From: Polyangia bacterium
Lineage (GTDB): Bacteria > Myxococcota_A > Polyangia > JAAYKL01
Direction of reading: 5' to 3'
DNA length: 41,982 nucleotides
Assembly (NCBI GenBank): GCA_050287845.1
Contig: JBNKCR010000043.1
Location: forward strand, 1 to 41,982
A program made the position numbers and the translations under genes. The notes under the pieces were generated by a model, which was not told the DNA's origin, searched no databases, and worked only from the letters and a program-made list of their open reading frames with translations. Positions 8,755 to 18,666 of this stretch are shown piece by piece. Position 1 is the stretch's first letter. Each line of letters begins with the position of its first letter.

Positions 8755-10143
8755 CTATGATTTGTTCAGCCGTGCCGTTGTCGTTCTGACAAACGCCACT
8801 CCTTTTTGAATGGGCCAAATCCATTCGCTTTTTATCATACACAGGGTGCCGAGAAAAACCGTGCAAAACAGGGCGTGCAGAGCAGGGCCGACGATGAAAA
8901 TGGCTCTCCATTCGGTGAGGGGGGCAAAGGCTCCTTTCCAGACCATGCCCATATTGAGCAACATGGCGAATACACAGAGCGGTACAAACAGGGCCTTTGT
9001 CCACCATCGTTGGGCGGTGGTGGCCACAAAGAGCAGGGCAGCGGTGGAAATGAAGCTCCAGATGAAGCGCATAATCCACGAGATGTCGGTAATGAGCAGG
9101 GATGCGCTGCAACAGACAGCAAAGCCCAGCAGCAGGTCGTCCGCACTGGTCCGCTTTCGCAGCAGCACCGCGCCGGTGAAAGCGGCCACCCCGATTTTCA
9201 TCCACAGCAGCAGGGATTCAAACTGCTCCGGCGCGTCAAAAACCAGTCGACCTCGCCACGGGACCACCAGAATCTTCGCGAGCGACCACAGAGATTGCAT
9301 CACCGGCGGTTGCATGGGATTGGGCATTTCATTGGAGATGGTGTCCGTGAAAAAATAACGGAACTCCTCGGGAAACGCTCCGAATTGAATAAGCCCCAGC
9401 ACCAGTCCGCTGGCCACAGCCCACAGGGTGAAGCGCAGATTCCCCCGGGTGATCATGTACACAAAAAAGAGTCCCGGCGTCACTTTAATCCAGGCGGCCG
9501 CCGAGATGAGGATGGCACTGGCCAGCCATTTCTGGCGATGAAACAGCCACAGGGACACCGTGGACATCCAGATGACAAACCCATCCGCCTGTGCGGTGCG
9601 CAGCAGCCACGGCAGGATGTCTGAACCGACGAAAACGGCGCTGACCAGAAAGAATGCGGTACTTCGAAAACGGCCGAAGGGCAGCAGGGTGACCGCCAGG
9701 AAAATGCCGTGAAACAGGAAAAAGAAATTCAGGAAAAACCAGATGTGTTTGAACGTGTCGTACGAAAAAACCGTTGTGGGAATCATGAGCATGCCCAGCA
9801 GCGGCGGGTACAGGTATTTGGGGACATCGCTGGTCAGGGTGGGGTCTTCGGGAATGGCCTGATGATGGGTGGTGTACATGTGGCGCCCGGCCACAATGTT
9901 ATGGGCACAGGCCAGATAGGCGCGAAGGTCGTGCTGGCTGCTGTCGTACAGCTTTTCAAAGTTTCTTCCCTGCAGGAGCAGCATGGCGCAGAAAAAAAGG
10001 ATGGCGCCGGCCACGCCGCTGACTTTTACCGTCGGCATCGGCGCCGGACCGTCAGCCGTCTGTTGCCCCCACTCGAACAGGCGATTCATCCATGGATATC
10101 GCATCAGAAATTGTTTCAGTTTGGTAAACATGGGTTTTTGCAC
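8755..10143 (-). CDS. GT-C fold glycosyltransferase family 87 (DUF2029-like) membrane protein
   Basis: DLRAYL, YLYPPLL and WIKVTP motifs with many TM helices; start may be ATG10131. Confidence 0.8.
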   Translation of the reverse strand: MQKPMFTKLKQFLMRYPWMNRLFEWGQQTADGPAPMPTVKVSGVAGAILFFCAMLLLQGRNFEKLYDSSQHDLRAYLACAHNIVAGRHMYTTHHQAIPEDPTLTSDVPKYLYPPLLGMLMIPTTVFSYDTFKHIWFFLNFFFLFHGIFLAVTLLPFGRFRSTAFFLVSAVFVGSDILPWLLRTAQADGFVIWMSTVSLWLFHRQKWLASAILISAAAWIKVTPGLFFVYMITRGNLRFTLWAVASGLVLGLIQFGAFPEEFRYFFTDTISNEMPNPMQPPVMQSLWSLAKILVVPWRGRLVFDAPEQFESLLLWMKIGVAAFTGAVLLRKRTSADDLLLGFAVCCSASLLITDISWIMRFIWSFISTAALLFVATTAQRWWTKALFVPLCVFAMLLNMGMVWKGAFAPLTEWRAIFIVGPALHALFCTVFLGTLCMIKSEWIWPIQKGVAFVRTTTARLNKS

Positions 10144-10253
10144 ACCTTTCGGATGGTTTTCTTTCAGCTTTTCCGATGTTGAGAGGAGTAGTTGGAAAGG
10201 AGAACTTTGTCAATTCTGATGATCCGGACGCGTCGGTTACCATTCAATCATGT

Positions 10254-11108
10254 TCAGTTTCGAAATCCATATTTTTTCCATATACCCACTGCTTCCGGCG
10301 AGGTCAGAAAATGAAACAGGTCCACCGCTTCACGGTGCCGGCTGCACACCGTTGCCACATACTGAATGGGTTTGTGCGACGCCTCCGGAAACACGCCCAG
10401 AATTTTTACTTTCGATGATTTTTCCGCATCGGTGCGATAAACGACGCCCACCGGTGCTTCTCCCAGTTCAACTACCATCAGCGCGGAACGCACGTCTTTG
10501 GCAGGTAGCAGTTTGTCTTTCATGGGGGCGTACCATCCGAAATGATTCAGCGCTTCTCTGGCGTATTTGCCGGCCGGCACGTGGGCCGGATCACCCAGCG
10601 ACAGCCGCTCATCGCCAGAAAGGGACGGAAAATTCAGGTTCGCGTCAATCTTCACCGGACTCAACGAACTGTCAACGGGCGCCACCAGCACCAGTTCATT
10701 GCGCGCCACGGTCTGAGTCCATTTTTTCCGGGTAAACCCTTTTTCCGCCACGTAATCCGCCCATTCTTTGCTGGCTGAAACGAATACATCCGGCTGGTTT
10801 CCCAGCTCCATCTGTCTGGCGAGGGTCCCGCTGGAAGCCAGATTCAGCAACACCCGGATATGGGTTTTCTGTCCAAACGCTGCCGCAATGTCGGTCATCA
10901 CATCGGTGAGACTGGCAGCCGCAAATACCATCAGTTCTTCCGGCGCAGGGGGAAGAGCTGCCTCGGTTTTGCTGCCGGATGGGTCAGACGCGTTTTCCGG
11001 AACCGCCGGGGCTCCGGTAACCGGTCCGGATTTGCAGGCCGATAAAATACCCATCATCGCGGTGATGAAAATGAAGTGTCGAGAGATGTTGTACACGATT
11101 CGTTTCAT
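10254..11108 (-). CDS. modA: Molybdate ABC transporter substrate-binding lipoprotein
   Basis: FAAASLTD, ASSGTLARQ, DVFVSAS, GDPAHVPAGKYA, DVRSAL..VELGEA..GVVYRTDA and HKPIQY; lipobox LSAC. Confidence 0.95.
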   Translation of the reverse strand: MKRIVYNISRHFIFITAMMGILSACKSGPVTGAPAVPENASDPSGSKTEAALPPAPEELMVFAAASLTDVMTDIAAAFGQKTHIRVLLNLASSGTLARQMELGNQPDVFVSASKEWADYVAEKGFTRKKWTQTVARNELVLVAPVDSSLSPVKIDANLNFPSLSGDERLSLGDPAHVPAGKYAREALNHFGWYAPMKDKLLPAKDVRSALMVVELGEAPVGVVYRTDAEKSSKVKILGVFPEASHKPIQYVATVCSRHREAVDLFHFLTSPEAVGIWKKYGFRN

Positions 11109-11169
11109 AATAAAGTTCTCCTCAATCCTTTCAGACAGACTGAACATCGTCAAGCGGTCGTTCCGCACT

Positions 11170-11192
11170 CGTTATTCTTTTTGCAGATAACG
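11170..11192. promoter_or_regulatory. ModE-like operator 1 (CGTTAT-N11-ATAACG)
   Basis: Palindrome about 60 bp upstream of modA. Confidence 0.7.
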
Positions 11193-11504
11193 TACCATGC
11201 TGTCGCTGATTGTTCTTTTGGGTGATGCAGTAGAAATTATTTCTTCAATTCAAACAGTTATGTTCTCTATTGCCGGAATCGGCCGGTGTGCGTTGCGCGG
11301 TACATTCTGGTAGTTTTATCCATGGGACACAACATTTCGGAATATTCCAGAAAACATCAGCAGTTACTGCGACTGAACCCCATCCGTCCCGACTGTCGTG
11401 GTTCATGAATGTACATTCCGGATATTTGCCCGACTGAGAGTTCGACCTGTTTCTCCTGTGCTCTGGGTATATCTGATCAACGTCTCCCCCTTTTGGGGAT
11501 GGCA

Positions 11505-11527
11505 CGTTGTATGCTCATGGAATAACG
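11505..11527. promoter_or_regulatory. ModE-like operator 2 (CGTTGT-N11-ATAACG)
   Basis: Palindrome about 45 bp upstream of the second modA. Confidence 0.65.
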
Positions 11528-11571
11528 AAAAGTGCCTGGGCATACCAGGCCGCGATCCATTTTTTTCTCAA

Positions 11572-12213
11572 ATGAGTGCCGTAATGTCAGTCTGGTTATT
11601 TTCAACTTGTACAGTGATATCTGCCATTTTCCTGTTGTTCGCCTGCAATCCGGAATCAACGCAGTCAACGGGTGAGCCGTCGGCAATGTCTTCAACGGTA
11701 CCGGCCGAAATCTACGTTGCCAGCGGCGCGGGCTACCGAAAGCCCGTGGATGAATTAAAGTCGATTTTCGAATCCAGAACCCGCATCCGGGTGAACTGCA
11801 TCTACGGCAATATGCGTCAGGTGACCACCCAGGTGAAAACCAGTGGCAAAGTTTCGGTAGTCATTGGCGATGGGAGGTTTCTGAACCAGTCAGGCATCGG
11901 GTTCACGGAGAAAATACCGACGGGTACAGGAAAGCTGATTCTGGCGGTGGCGCGGAATGCGGCTGTTGAAAACGCGGAAGAGCTGGCGCAATCCGGCAAC
12001 GGGCGGATTGTTGTCCCCGATGCGAAAAAGGCCATCTACGGCAGGGCGGCCGCTGAGGTGCTGAAGCGGTTGAATATTTTCGACCAGGTGAAAGCCCGCC
12101 TGGTGACAGTGCAGACGGTTCCCCAGGTAACGTCGTATCTGTCATCTGGCACGTTATATGCTTGGAGTATAACGGTGATTGGAGCCGACGCTGCTTTCTC
12201 GTCGTTCCTGTGA
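11572..12213 (+). pseudogene. modA: Second ModA-type binding lipoprotein, C-terminally truncated
   Basis: Lipobox LFAC; VASGAGYRKP, YGNMRQV, PDAKKAIYGRAA and TVPQVTSYL; similarity ends at about 12150 and there is no room for the rest before the next gene. Confidence 0.75.
12152..12174. promoter_or_regulatory. ModE-like operator 3 (CGTTAT-N11-ATAACG)
   Basis: Perfect half-sites about 70 bp upstream of the porin ATG. Confidence 0.7.
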
Positions 12214-12245
12214 ACACAAACTCTCAACATTGCGGAGGCCAGGTT

Positions 12246-13418
12246 ATGGGTCACAGAATTTATAGGTGCATTTTCATTTTTCATCTCGTTTTGATTGGAA
12301 CAACCGTCGCTCATTCACAGACGCCACAGCCCGGTGGTTCCAATGCGGATTTACAACTCAAAGGCGCTTCCCCGCTGCACGCTCCATCCGAAATGGTCGG
12401 ATACGATCGGGGGGTTTATATTACGGACAATCAATCTCTGTTTCATCTGACCATTGACGGAATGACGAAGACGCGCTTCAATCTCCAGGGCGATGAATCT
12501 GTGGAGAATGCAGCGGGGACAACGCCGGTTACCAGTCGAACGTATCACGCTTCTTTCACGGTGCCGTTTGCCCGACTGCAACTGTCCGGGCACGTATTCA
12601 GCAGGCAGCTGAAGTACAATCTGTTTTACAACTTTCCCAACAGTAAACTGATTTACGCGTGGGTGGCGTGGCAGTTCATTCCTAAGAAGCTGGTGGTCAA
12701 ATCCGGTCTGTTCAAGCGGCCGTTCGGTCGGGGATATTTAACCTCATCGGTGAAACGCCAGTTCATCGATGACCCTCCTGGAATGGCAGGCACCGGCAGC
12801 GATATCGGCGTTGAGCTTTCCAACTGTTACACCGGTGTCCGCGGTCTGGAATGGGCCATCGGGGTGTTCAATGGCACAAAGGGAGCCGATGGGGACTTCT
12901 CTCCCAATATCACTGCGCGTCTGGGGTACAACAACGGAATCTCCGGATATGCGGAGACGGATTTCGAGGGCGGTGGATTCCGATATGGGGTGGGCATCAA
13001 CGGCTCCACGGAGTTTGATCATGACGACAACAACCGAACGGTGCATTATCTGGGCGGGGATGCCGCAGTCAAGGTGTATGGGCTGAGTGCCAGTGGTGGG
13101 GTGTATTTTACGGCCAATGCAGAAAAGAATATCGGCGATGAGTTTGAGCTGGCGCGGTTTGGGGGCCATGTGCAGGCCGGGTATCTGATTCAGAATAAGG
13201 TGGAACCGGTTCTGCGATATGGCTTTTCCCATGCACGTCACGTCAAGGATGATTTTGAACAGGAATTCACCGGTGGCCTCGTGCTGCATTTCTTCCCGGG
13301 ACATCGGTTCAAATGGGAAAACGACATCACCGTTCGCCATACCCCTCCGGTTCACCGCAACGCCCAGCCCGCCCTGACAGATACGCTGTTTGTCAGTCAG
13401 CTGCAGCTCTACTTCTGA
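12246..13418 (+). CDS. Outer-membrane porin, OprO/OprP-like
   Basis: Signal peptide; ARLQLSGHVF, GLFKRPFGR..LTSS...QFID and GVFNG; ends SQLQLYF; GGAGG RBS. Confidence 0.8.
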   Translation: MGHRIYRCIFIFHLVLIGTTVAHSQTPQPGGSNADLQLKGASPLHAPSEMVGYDRGVYITDNQSLFHLTIDGMTKTRFNLQGDESVENAAGTTPVTSRTYHASFTVPFARLQLSGHVFSRQLKYNLFYNFPNSKLIYAWVAWQFIPKKLVVKSGLFKRPFGRGYLTSSVKRQFIDDPPGMAGTGSDIGVELSNCYTGVRGLEWAIGVFNGTKGADGDFSPNITARLGYNNGISGYAETDFEGGGFRYGVGINGSTEFDHDDNNRTVHYLGGDAAVKVYGLSASGGVYFTANAEKNIGDEFELARFGGHVQAGYLIQNKVEPVLRYGFSHARHVKDDFEQEFTGGLVLHFFPGHRFKWENDITVRHTPPVHRNAQPALTDTLFVSQLQLYF

Positions 13419-13792
13419 TTCTGTTTCTTTGCCGGGGGCTCGATTTCTGCGACCTGAATATCATCGATTGAAAAGTGATATCCGTCGAGAATCTCAAAAA
13501 AGGTATTGCGAATGGTGATGTATTTATCAAGCAGCGATTTGCCCGCGGTGGTCAGATGGGCAATGCCGCCGCCTTTTCCACCCCGTTGGGTGACCACAAT
13601 GGGTTGCTGTAATTGACAGTTCAACCGATGCAGAATGTTCCACGAATGGGAGTACGACACCCCCAGCTGTTTTGCGGCCCGATTCAGGGACCCCGTCTTT
13701 TCAACGACCATGAGCAACTCCATGATTCGATGACTGATGGTGAAGCCGTTATCCAGCTCCAGCGAGATTTCACCTTTCAATCGAATATCCAT
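13409..13792 (-). CDS. modE: ModE-family winged-HTH regulator, DNA-binding domain only
   Basis: ELL..VEKTGSLNRAAKQLGVSYSHSW...TQRGGKGGGIAHLT.AG; no TOBE/Mop domain; 3' end overlaps the porin by 10 nt. Confidence 0.85.
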   Translation of the reverse strand: MDIRLKGEISLELDNGFTISHRIMELLMVVEKTGSLNRAAKQLGVSYSHSWNILHRLNCQLQQPIVVTQRGGKGGGIAHLTTAGKSLLDKYITIRNTFFEILDGYHFSIDDIQVAEIEPPAKKQNQK

Positions 13793-13963
13793 TCTGTCCT
13801 CTCTGTATTTCAAGCGTCTGCGTAATGGGAGCTGCCCGGCACTGGCACTTCGGCCACTGCAATTGGGGGTCATAGCATTATTCTAACCATGGTGAAACAG
13901 ATTCAGAATGATATATATATAGCGCAGTACGATCTTAAAACGGGAAAACGCGACCGGGAGACG

Positions 13964-15274
13964 ATGATGACGAATCAGGCAACGGGGAATTTGGGGGAAT
14001 TTCTGAAAGATGGATATACCCTGGCGGATATTCAGAGATTGCTGGGGGTTCTCCATGAGAGAGGGGTGTTTCAGTTCAATGGGTTTTCGAGCGGAGTGTT
14101 TCCGGCGGTGGGAAAGGGGAGCGCCGCAGAAGAAACCAGCGGGTATCGTGCGGCGTGGGTGCGGGACAACGTTCATATCGCATACGCTCATCTGGTGGGT
14201 GGTGAAGAACCGATGGCCAGGCGATGTGTGGCGACCATTGCGGATTTTTATCTGAAACATCTCGAATGGTTCACAGATGTGATTGAAGGACGGAAGTCTG
14301 CAATGATGCCCATGAATCGCCCGCACATCCGTTTTAATGGTGAGACCGTTTCGGCAATTGCCGAAAAATGGCCCCATGCCCAGAACGATGCGCTGGGGGC
14401 GTTCATGTGGTTGCTTTGTAAAGTTATTGTAAATGAGCCCGATAAAACCGCTGCGCGGAAATGGGTTGAACGGTACGCCCCTCTTTTGTGGCTGATGACC
14501 CGATATTTAGAAGCGATTTCGTTCTGGCAGGATGAGGACAGTGGCCACTGGGAAGAACAGCGAAAGATTTCGGCGTCCAGCATCGGGGTAGTGGTGGCCG
14601 GTTTGACCCAGTATTGCAACGTGCTTCGTACATATTCAACCGGGAATACAATGGCTGTCCACGACAACCTGTCCACGGTTGAATCTCTGTGTCTGCATGG
14701 TCAGAGGGCGTTGACTCAAATACTTCCCATTGAGTGTCGCCAGCATCATCCGCGGAAATTCAGAGAGTATGATGGGGCATTGCTCTTTCTGCTGGATCCG
14801 TTTGAGGTGGTATCCGAACCGCTGGCAGGAGAGATTGTGAAGAATGTGACCGAACATCTCAAAGGCGATTTGGGCATTCGTCGATATTTGCTGGATTCGT
14901 ACTGGGGACCCGATTACCGGAAGGTGCCGCCGGAAGTGCGGACCACGGATTTCAGCACCAGTCTGATAAAGCGCGACACGTATGCAGTGAAAGGAAAAGA
15001 AGCCCAGTGGTGCATTTTTGACAGCGTCATTTCCATGTACTTCGGCAGGAAATATCAACAGGAGAAACGGCCTCTGTATCTGGAGAATCAAACAGCGTAT
15101 CTGAACAGAGCCCTGACGCAGATGGTGGAAACCGGTGACGGCCGACTGGTGATTCCAGAGGCGTACTTTCTTGAAAACGGTCGGTATGTTCCCAATGACC
15201 ATGCGCCATTGCAGTGGGCGCACGCCAATTTGTGGCGAGCGGTGAACGCCATGAAAAAAAGCTGCAGGTCATGA
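13964..15274 (+). CDS. Glycoside hydrolase family 15 / phosphorylase kinase alpha-beta-like protein
   Basis: [51 protein letters not shown] and PLQWA; ATG13889 is an alternative start. Confidence 0.8.
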   Translation: MMTNQATGNLGEFLKDGYTLADIQRLLGVLHERGVFQFNGFSSGVFPAVGKGSAAEETSGYRAAWVRDNVHIAYAHLVGGEEPMARRCVATIADFYLKHLEWFTDVIEGRKSAMMPMNRPHIRFNGETVSAIAEKWPHAQNDALGAFMWLLCKVIVNEPDKTAARKWVERYAPLLWLMTRYLEAISFWQDEDSGHWEEQRKISASSIGVVVAGLTQYCNVLRTYSTGNTMAVHDNLSTVESLCLHGQRALTQILPIECRQHHPRKFREYDGALLFLLDPFEVVSEPLAGEIVKNVTEHLKGDLGIRRYLLDSYWGPDYRKVPPEVRTTDFSTSLIKRDTYAVKGKEAQWCIFDSVISMYFGRKYQQEKRPLYLENQTAYLNRALTQMVETGDGRLVIPEAYFLENGRYVPNDHAPLQWAHANLWRAVNAMKKSCRS

Positions 15275-15305
15275 TTGCAGGTACCTTTTGGATGCGGCTT
15301 CCGGC

Positions 15306-16718
15306 TTATTTTTTCTCACCCGTCACAAGCGCAAACAGCAGTCTGACAATCCCCGATCCGTTGCCGGATGGGTTGCCAACCGTTGCGCAACTGCACCCGC
15401 CGCTGTCTCCATTTTCATCAGAATCCGCATCGGAATCAGAGTCGCTGTCGGTATCAGAGTCCGAGTCGGAATCCGAGTCGGAGTCACTGTCACTGTCCGA
15501 ATCGGAATCCGTGTCGGTGTCTGTGTCCGTGTCCGAATCGGAATCGCTGTCGGAATCAGAATCGGCGTCCGAATCCGAGTCTGTGTCGGTGTCCGAATCG
15601 GTGTCCGTGTCTCCATCTGCCCCTGTGGTGGAATCCGATTCGGTATCGTCGCCCGTGTCGCTGTCTGTGTCCGATTCGGTATCAATCTCCGCTTCGCACG
15701 ATCCGTCATCCTCGGTGACATACGGACTGTAATTGGTTGCATCGGTATCGGTACATCCGGCAATGGGCGCCAGCACACCGTTCACATCGTCGTGCAGAAC
15801 GGTGGTATCCAGGCCATCGAGGACAATCACGCCATGCAGGGACGAAAAGCGCGGCGGATTCTCGCTGTCTTTCCATGTCCACACCACTTCCCCTTCCGGT
15901 GAGTATTCAAGAAGCTGTGTGCCTTCACTGCCGTGTCCCTCCCCATGGCCCTGCCAGTTGGTCACCACCATATTCCCGTTTTCCAGCACCTGAAAACCCC
16001 CGTAGAAATTCGGGTTGATTTCTGCGGCGCCGGGTTGATTCGGACCGCCAATGGTATTTACCAGCGTACCATCCGGCGCGTATTCCTGGAGCGCACCGTA
16101 GTATCCGCACGAGGTAAGGGTATTACCGTTGATGAGCTGCACGGTCATGTACGGCCCGTAGTCCCCTTCGATGTCAATGGTGAAATCCTGCAGAACATTG
16201 CCATCCCAGTCGACCCGCAGAAATCGACGGTCATATCCGAACAGAAACTCATCGGCCGCGGTTCGGCGGACAATACGGGTGGAAGCCGTTTGGGGAATCG
16301 ACACACTGCGCACCACATTGTGCGCCGGGTCCAGCTCCAGCATCGTGGTTCCCTGTCCGCCGTTCAGATTGTCGCCGGCCACCACCGTGTTGCCATTGGC
16401 CAGCCGCCGCACGGTCTGGGTGCCGCCTATCGGCAGGGACACTTCCTCAACGATTTCGCCGGTTTCAATATTGAGCTCAAAGTATCCGCCGGTTTGCCGG
16501 CTCACCAGCACCCGATTGTCACCGATGAGTTGTAAATCCCGATTGTTGCCCGGCGTGGCGGTGGCCCAGAAGGCGTCGGGGTCATTCTCATCCACCAGCA
16601 GTACCTGCTGGCCCCCTTCGTCGGCGGCGAGAAAGCGATGGGTTATCTGGGCGTGAGCCGTAGTCGTAAAAATCAGCAGAATGGTGCCAAAGCGGATCGC
16701 CCATTTTGTTCTGTTCAT
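15306..16718 (-). CDS. Secreted beta-propeller-like protein with Asp-Ser/Thr stalk and MYXO-CTERM-like tail
   Basis: Signal peptide; repeated R/QL.NGNT.V blades; GCTD..ATNY..EDDGSC; (DS/DT)n; GGCSC tail; GGAGGAG RBS. Confidence 0.85.
   Translation of the reverse strand: MNRTKWAIRFGTILLIFTTTAHAQITHRFLAADEGGQQVLLVDENDPDAFWATATPGNNRDLQLIGDNRVLVSRQTGGYFELNIETGEIVEEVSLPIGGTQTVRRLANGNTVVAGDNLNGGQGTTMLELDPAHNVVRSVSIPQTASTRIVRRTAADEFLFGYDRRFLRVDWDGNVLQDFTIDIEGDYGPYMTVQLINGNTLTSCGYYGALQEYAPDGTLVNTIGGPNQPGAAEINPNFYGGFQVLENGNMVVTNWQGHGEGHGSEGTQLLEYSPEGEVVWTWKDSENPPRFSSLHGVIVLDGLDTTVLHDDVNGVLAPIAGCTDTDATNYSPYVTEDDGSCEAEIDTESDTDSDTGDDTESDSTTGADGDTDTDSDTDTDSDSDADSDSDSDSDSDTDTDTDTDSDSDSDSDSDSDSDSDSDTDSDSDSDADSDENGDSGGCSCATVGNPSGNGSGIVRLLFALVTGEKK
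15421..15685 (-). repeat. Hexanucleotide-based (DS/DT)n coding repeat
   Basis: GATTCC, GATTCG and GACACG-type units on the minus strand. Confidence 0.9.
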
Positions 16719-16867
16719 AAAATATCTCCTCCCATGCAAATGTTGGAAACCGGTCTCATCAAAGAACATCATTCAGTGGTGTCGCTGTCATTTTCCGGGC
16801 GGTTTTTCCGCCGGGTCGGCGCGGTTTTGAACGGATGGCGACCTGTGGGGGCGGGTTGAATGATTTT

Positions 16868-16896
16868 TGAGCCACCTTCTATCACGTTTTCGTCTA
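16868..16896 (+). promoter_or_regulatory. Putative ECF-type promoter TGAGCCAC-N15-CGTCTA
   Basis: About 45 bp upstream of ATG16940; -35 element resembles the TGGGCCAC elements at 7886 and 7917. Confidence 0.35.
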
Positions 16897-16939
16897 CTAT
16901 GTTGGAATCACGGACGATACGTCCCACCGGAGGTACATT

Positions 16940-18616
16940 ATGCAACATCGATTCTGGGAGTCATTCCCGGCATTGAAACGATTGGCGCTGATATTCGGAA
17001 CTCTTGCGATGGGCCTGAATTTCGCGTGTTCATCCGGGGAAGGCTCTTCTGATGGCAGCGGGGATATCGATACCGACACCGATTCGGACACAGACACAGA
17101 CACAGACACGGATTCCGATTCGGACACAGACACGGACACAGACACGGATTCCGATTCGGACACAGACACAGACACAGACACGGATTCCGATTCGGACACA
17201 GACACAGACACGGATTCCGATTCGGACACGGACACAGACACGGATTCCGATTCGGACACAGACACAGACACGGATTCCAATTCGGACACGGACACAGACA
17301 CGGATTCCGATTCGGACACGGATTCAGACACGGATTCGGATTCAGACACGGATTCGGACACGGACAGCGACACCGACACCGAAGCGCTGCCGGTGTGTGA
17401 GCTGCCGGATGCCAGTGCGTTTATGACCAACACTTCCATCGGGCACGGCGGCACCAATTACCAGGAGTCCGATCACTTCGTGGTTTTCGATGCCCCCAAT
17501 CCGGACGCGGTGCTGAATTTCATGGAAGCGGCCCACCAGTGCTTTGTCGAGGAATGGTGCTGGCGCTCCCCCGGGCTCTCCATCGTAACCGACGACAATG
17601 TGTACAATAAGTTCAACATCTATGTGTTGTCCGACGTGGGCGGCGCTGCCGGCGTTATGCAATACGATGCCGGCGCCGGTCTGGCATTCATCGAGGTACT
17701 GCCGAGCCAGGTGGGTATTCCCGAGGTCACGGTCCATGAATTCGGTCATGCGCTCACCCTCACCGAAGAAGGATGGGTCGACCAGACCAACACCGGTTTC
17801 TGGTGGGAATCCGTGGCCAATTTTGTGGCGGATACCTTTGTGACCTCACCTTTGTGCGAACAGGCACGGACAGATCACGGCATCGCTTCGGGCGGTTCCA
17901 TCATCGATTTGAACGCCACCATCAGCAATTCCCACTGGGCCATCTGCATGAACCGGAATTACTACCAGGCCTGGCCGTTTCTCACCTATCTGACCAACAA
18001 TCCCGACGATTACCCCGGCCTTGGTCAAATGGTGCTTCCCGAGATGTTCCGCAATCACCTGGGCAACAATGAGACGCCGCTGCACGTGCTGAGCCGCCTG
18101 GCCGAACCGGTGCGTGTGCAGACCATTCTCGGCCGGTACTGGGCCAGAATGGCCTATCTCGATATTGATCACCCACAGGCGCAGGACGCGTTTTTCAATG
18201 CCCGGAATCGACTTGATTTCAACAGTCTCACTGCCGAAGGCAACGGTACCTGGCAGGTGCGGGCGGAGCGCAAACCCATGTATGGCGGTGCCAATATCAT
18301 TCCCCTGGAAATCACTGGCGATGGTCTGGTGGAAGTAACGGTGGTCAACCTGGGCAACGGTCTGCCGGAAAGCAATTTTACCGCCACCCTCTCCATCCTG
18401 ACTGCCGACGGGAGTGTCCGATATGTGGTTTTGCCCGGGGGAGAAGGCAGCGCGACGGTGGAATCCGACGAAGAAGCATCCCTGGTGGTGGCAAACACGC
18501 CGGATACGCTGTACATGTACAATCCCCAGGAAATTGGCGCCACAGAAACATCCGATCCCGCCAGCAAAGGCCTGAACTATGAGGTGCAGATAGTGGGCGC
18601 CGTTCCCGCCAACTGA
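16940..18616 (+). CDS. Lipoprotein with (DT/DS)n stalk and DUF6055-like HExxH domain (putative zinc metallopeptidase)
   Basis: Lipobox [14 protein letters not shown] followed by [31 protein letters not shown]. Confidence 0.8.
   Translation: MQHRFWESFPALKRLALIFGTLAMGLNFACSSGEGSSDGSGDIDTDTDSDTDTDTDTDSDSDTDTDTDTDSDSDTDTDTDTDSDSDTDTDTDSDSDTDTDTDSDSDTDTDTDSNSDTDTDTDSDSDTDSDTDSDSDTDSDTDSDTDTEALPVCELPDASAFMTNTSIGHGGTNYQESDHFVVFDAPNPDAVLNFMEAAHQCFVEEWCWRSPGLSIVTDDNVYNKFNIYVLSDVGGAAGVMQYDAGAGLAFIEVLPSQVGIPEVTVHEFGHALTLTEEGWVDQTNTGFWWESVANFVADTFVTSPLCEQARTDHGIASGGSIIDLNATISNSHWAICMNRNYYQAWPFLTYLTNNPDDYPGLGQMVLPEMFRNHLGNNETPLHVLSRLAEPVRVQTILGRYWARMAYLDIDHPQAQDAFFNARNRLDFNSLTAEGNGTWQVRAERKPMYGGANIIPLEITGDGLVEVTVVNLGNGLPESNFTATLSILTADGSVRYVVLPGGEGSATVESDEEASLVVANTPDTLYMYNPQEIGATETSDPASKGLNYEVQIVGAVPAN
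17063..17380 (+). repeat. (DT/DS)n coding tandem repeat with 30-36 bp higher-order units
   Basis: Repeated GATTCCGATTCGGACAC(A/G)GACACAGACACG. Confidence 0.95.
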
Positions 18617-18666
18617 ACACGTTCCGTTCCGTCGGACGATTCCGCTACGCGGCAGCAGCAATCCGA

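Noticed and set aside
13905..13925. ATATATATATAGCG as a fourth ModE box
   Set aside because: Only one half-site; no partner at N11 or N12
15214..15902. Alternative-frame ORFs with (SE/SV)n or (IRIG)n, and similar ones at 16897-17457 and 20387-20959
   Set aside because: Stop-free shadows of hexamer repeats; the real genes have RBS, signal peptides and domains
17063..17380. 30-36 bp periodicity suggesting a CRISPR array
   Set aside because: No unique spacers, in-frame coding repeat, and no cas genes
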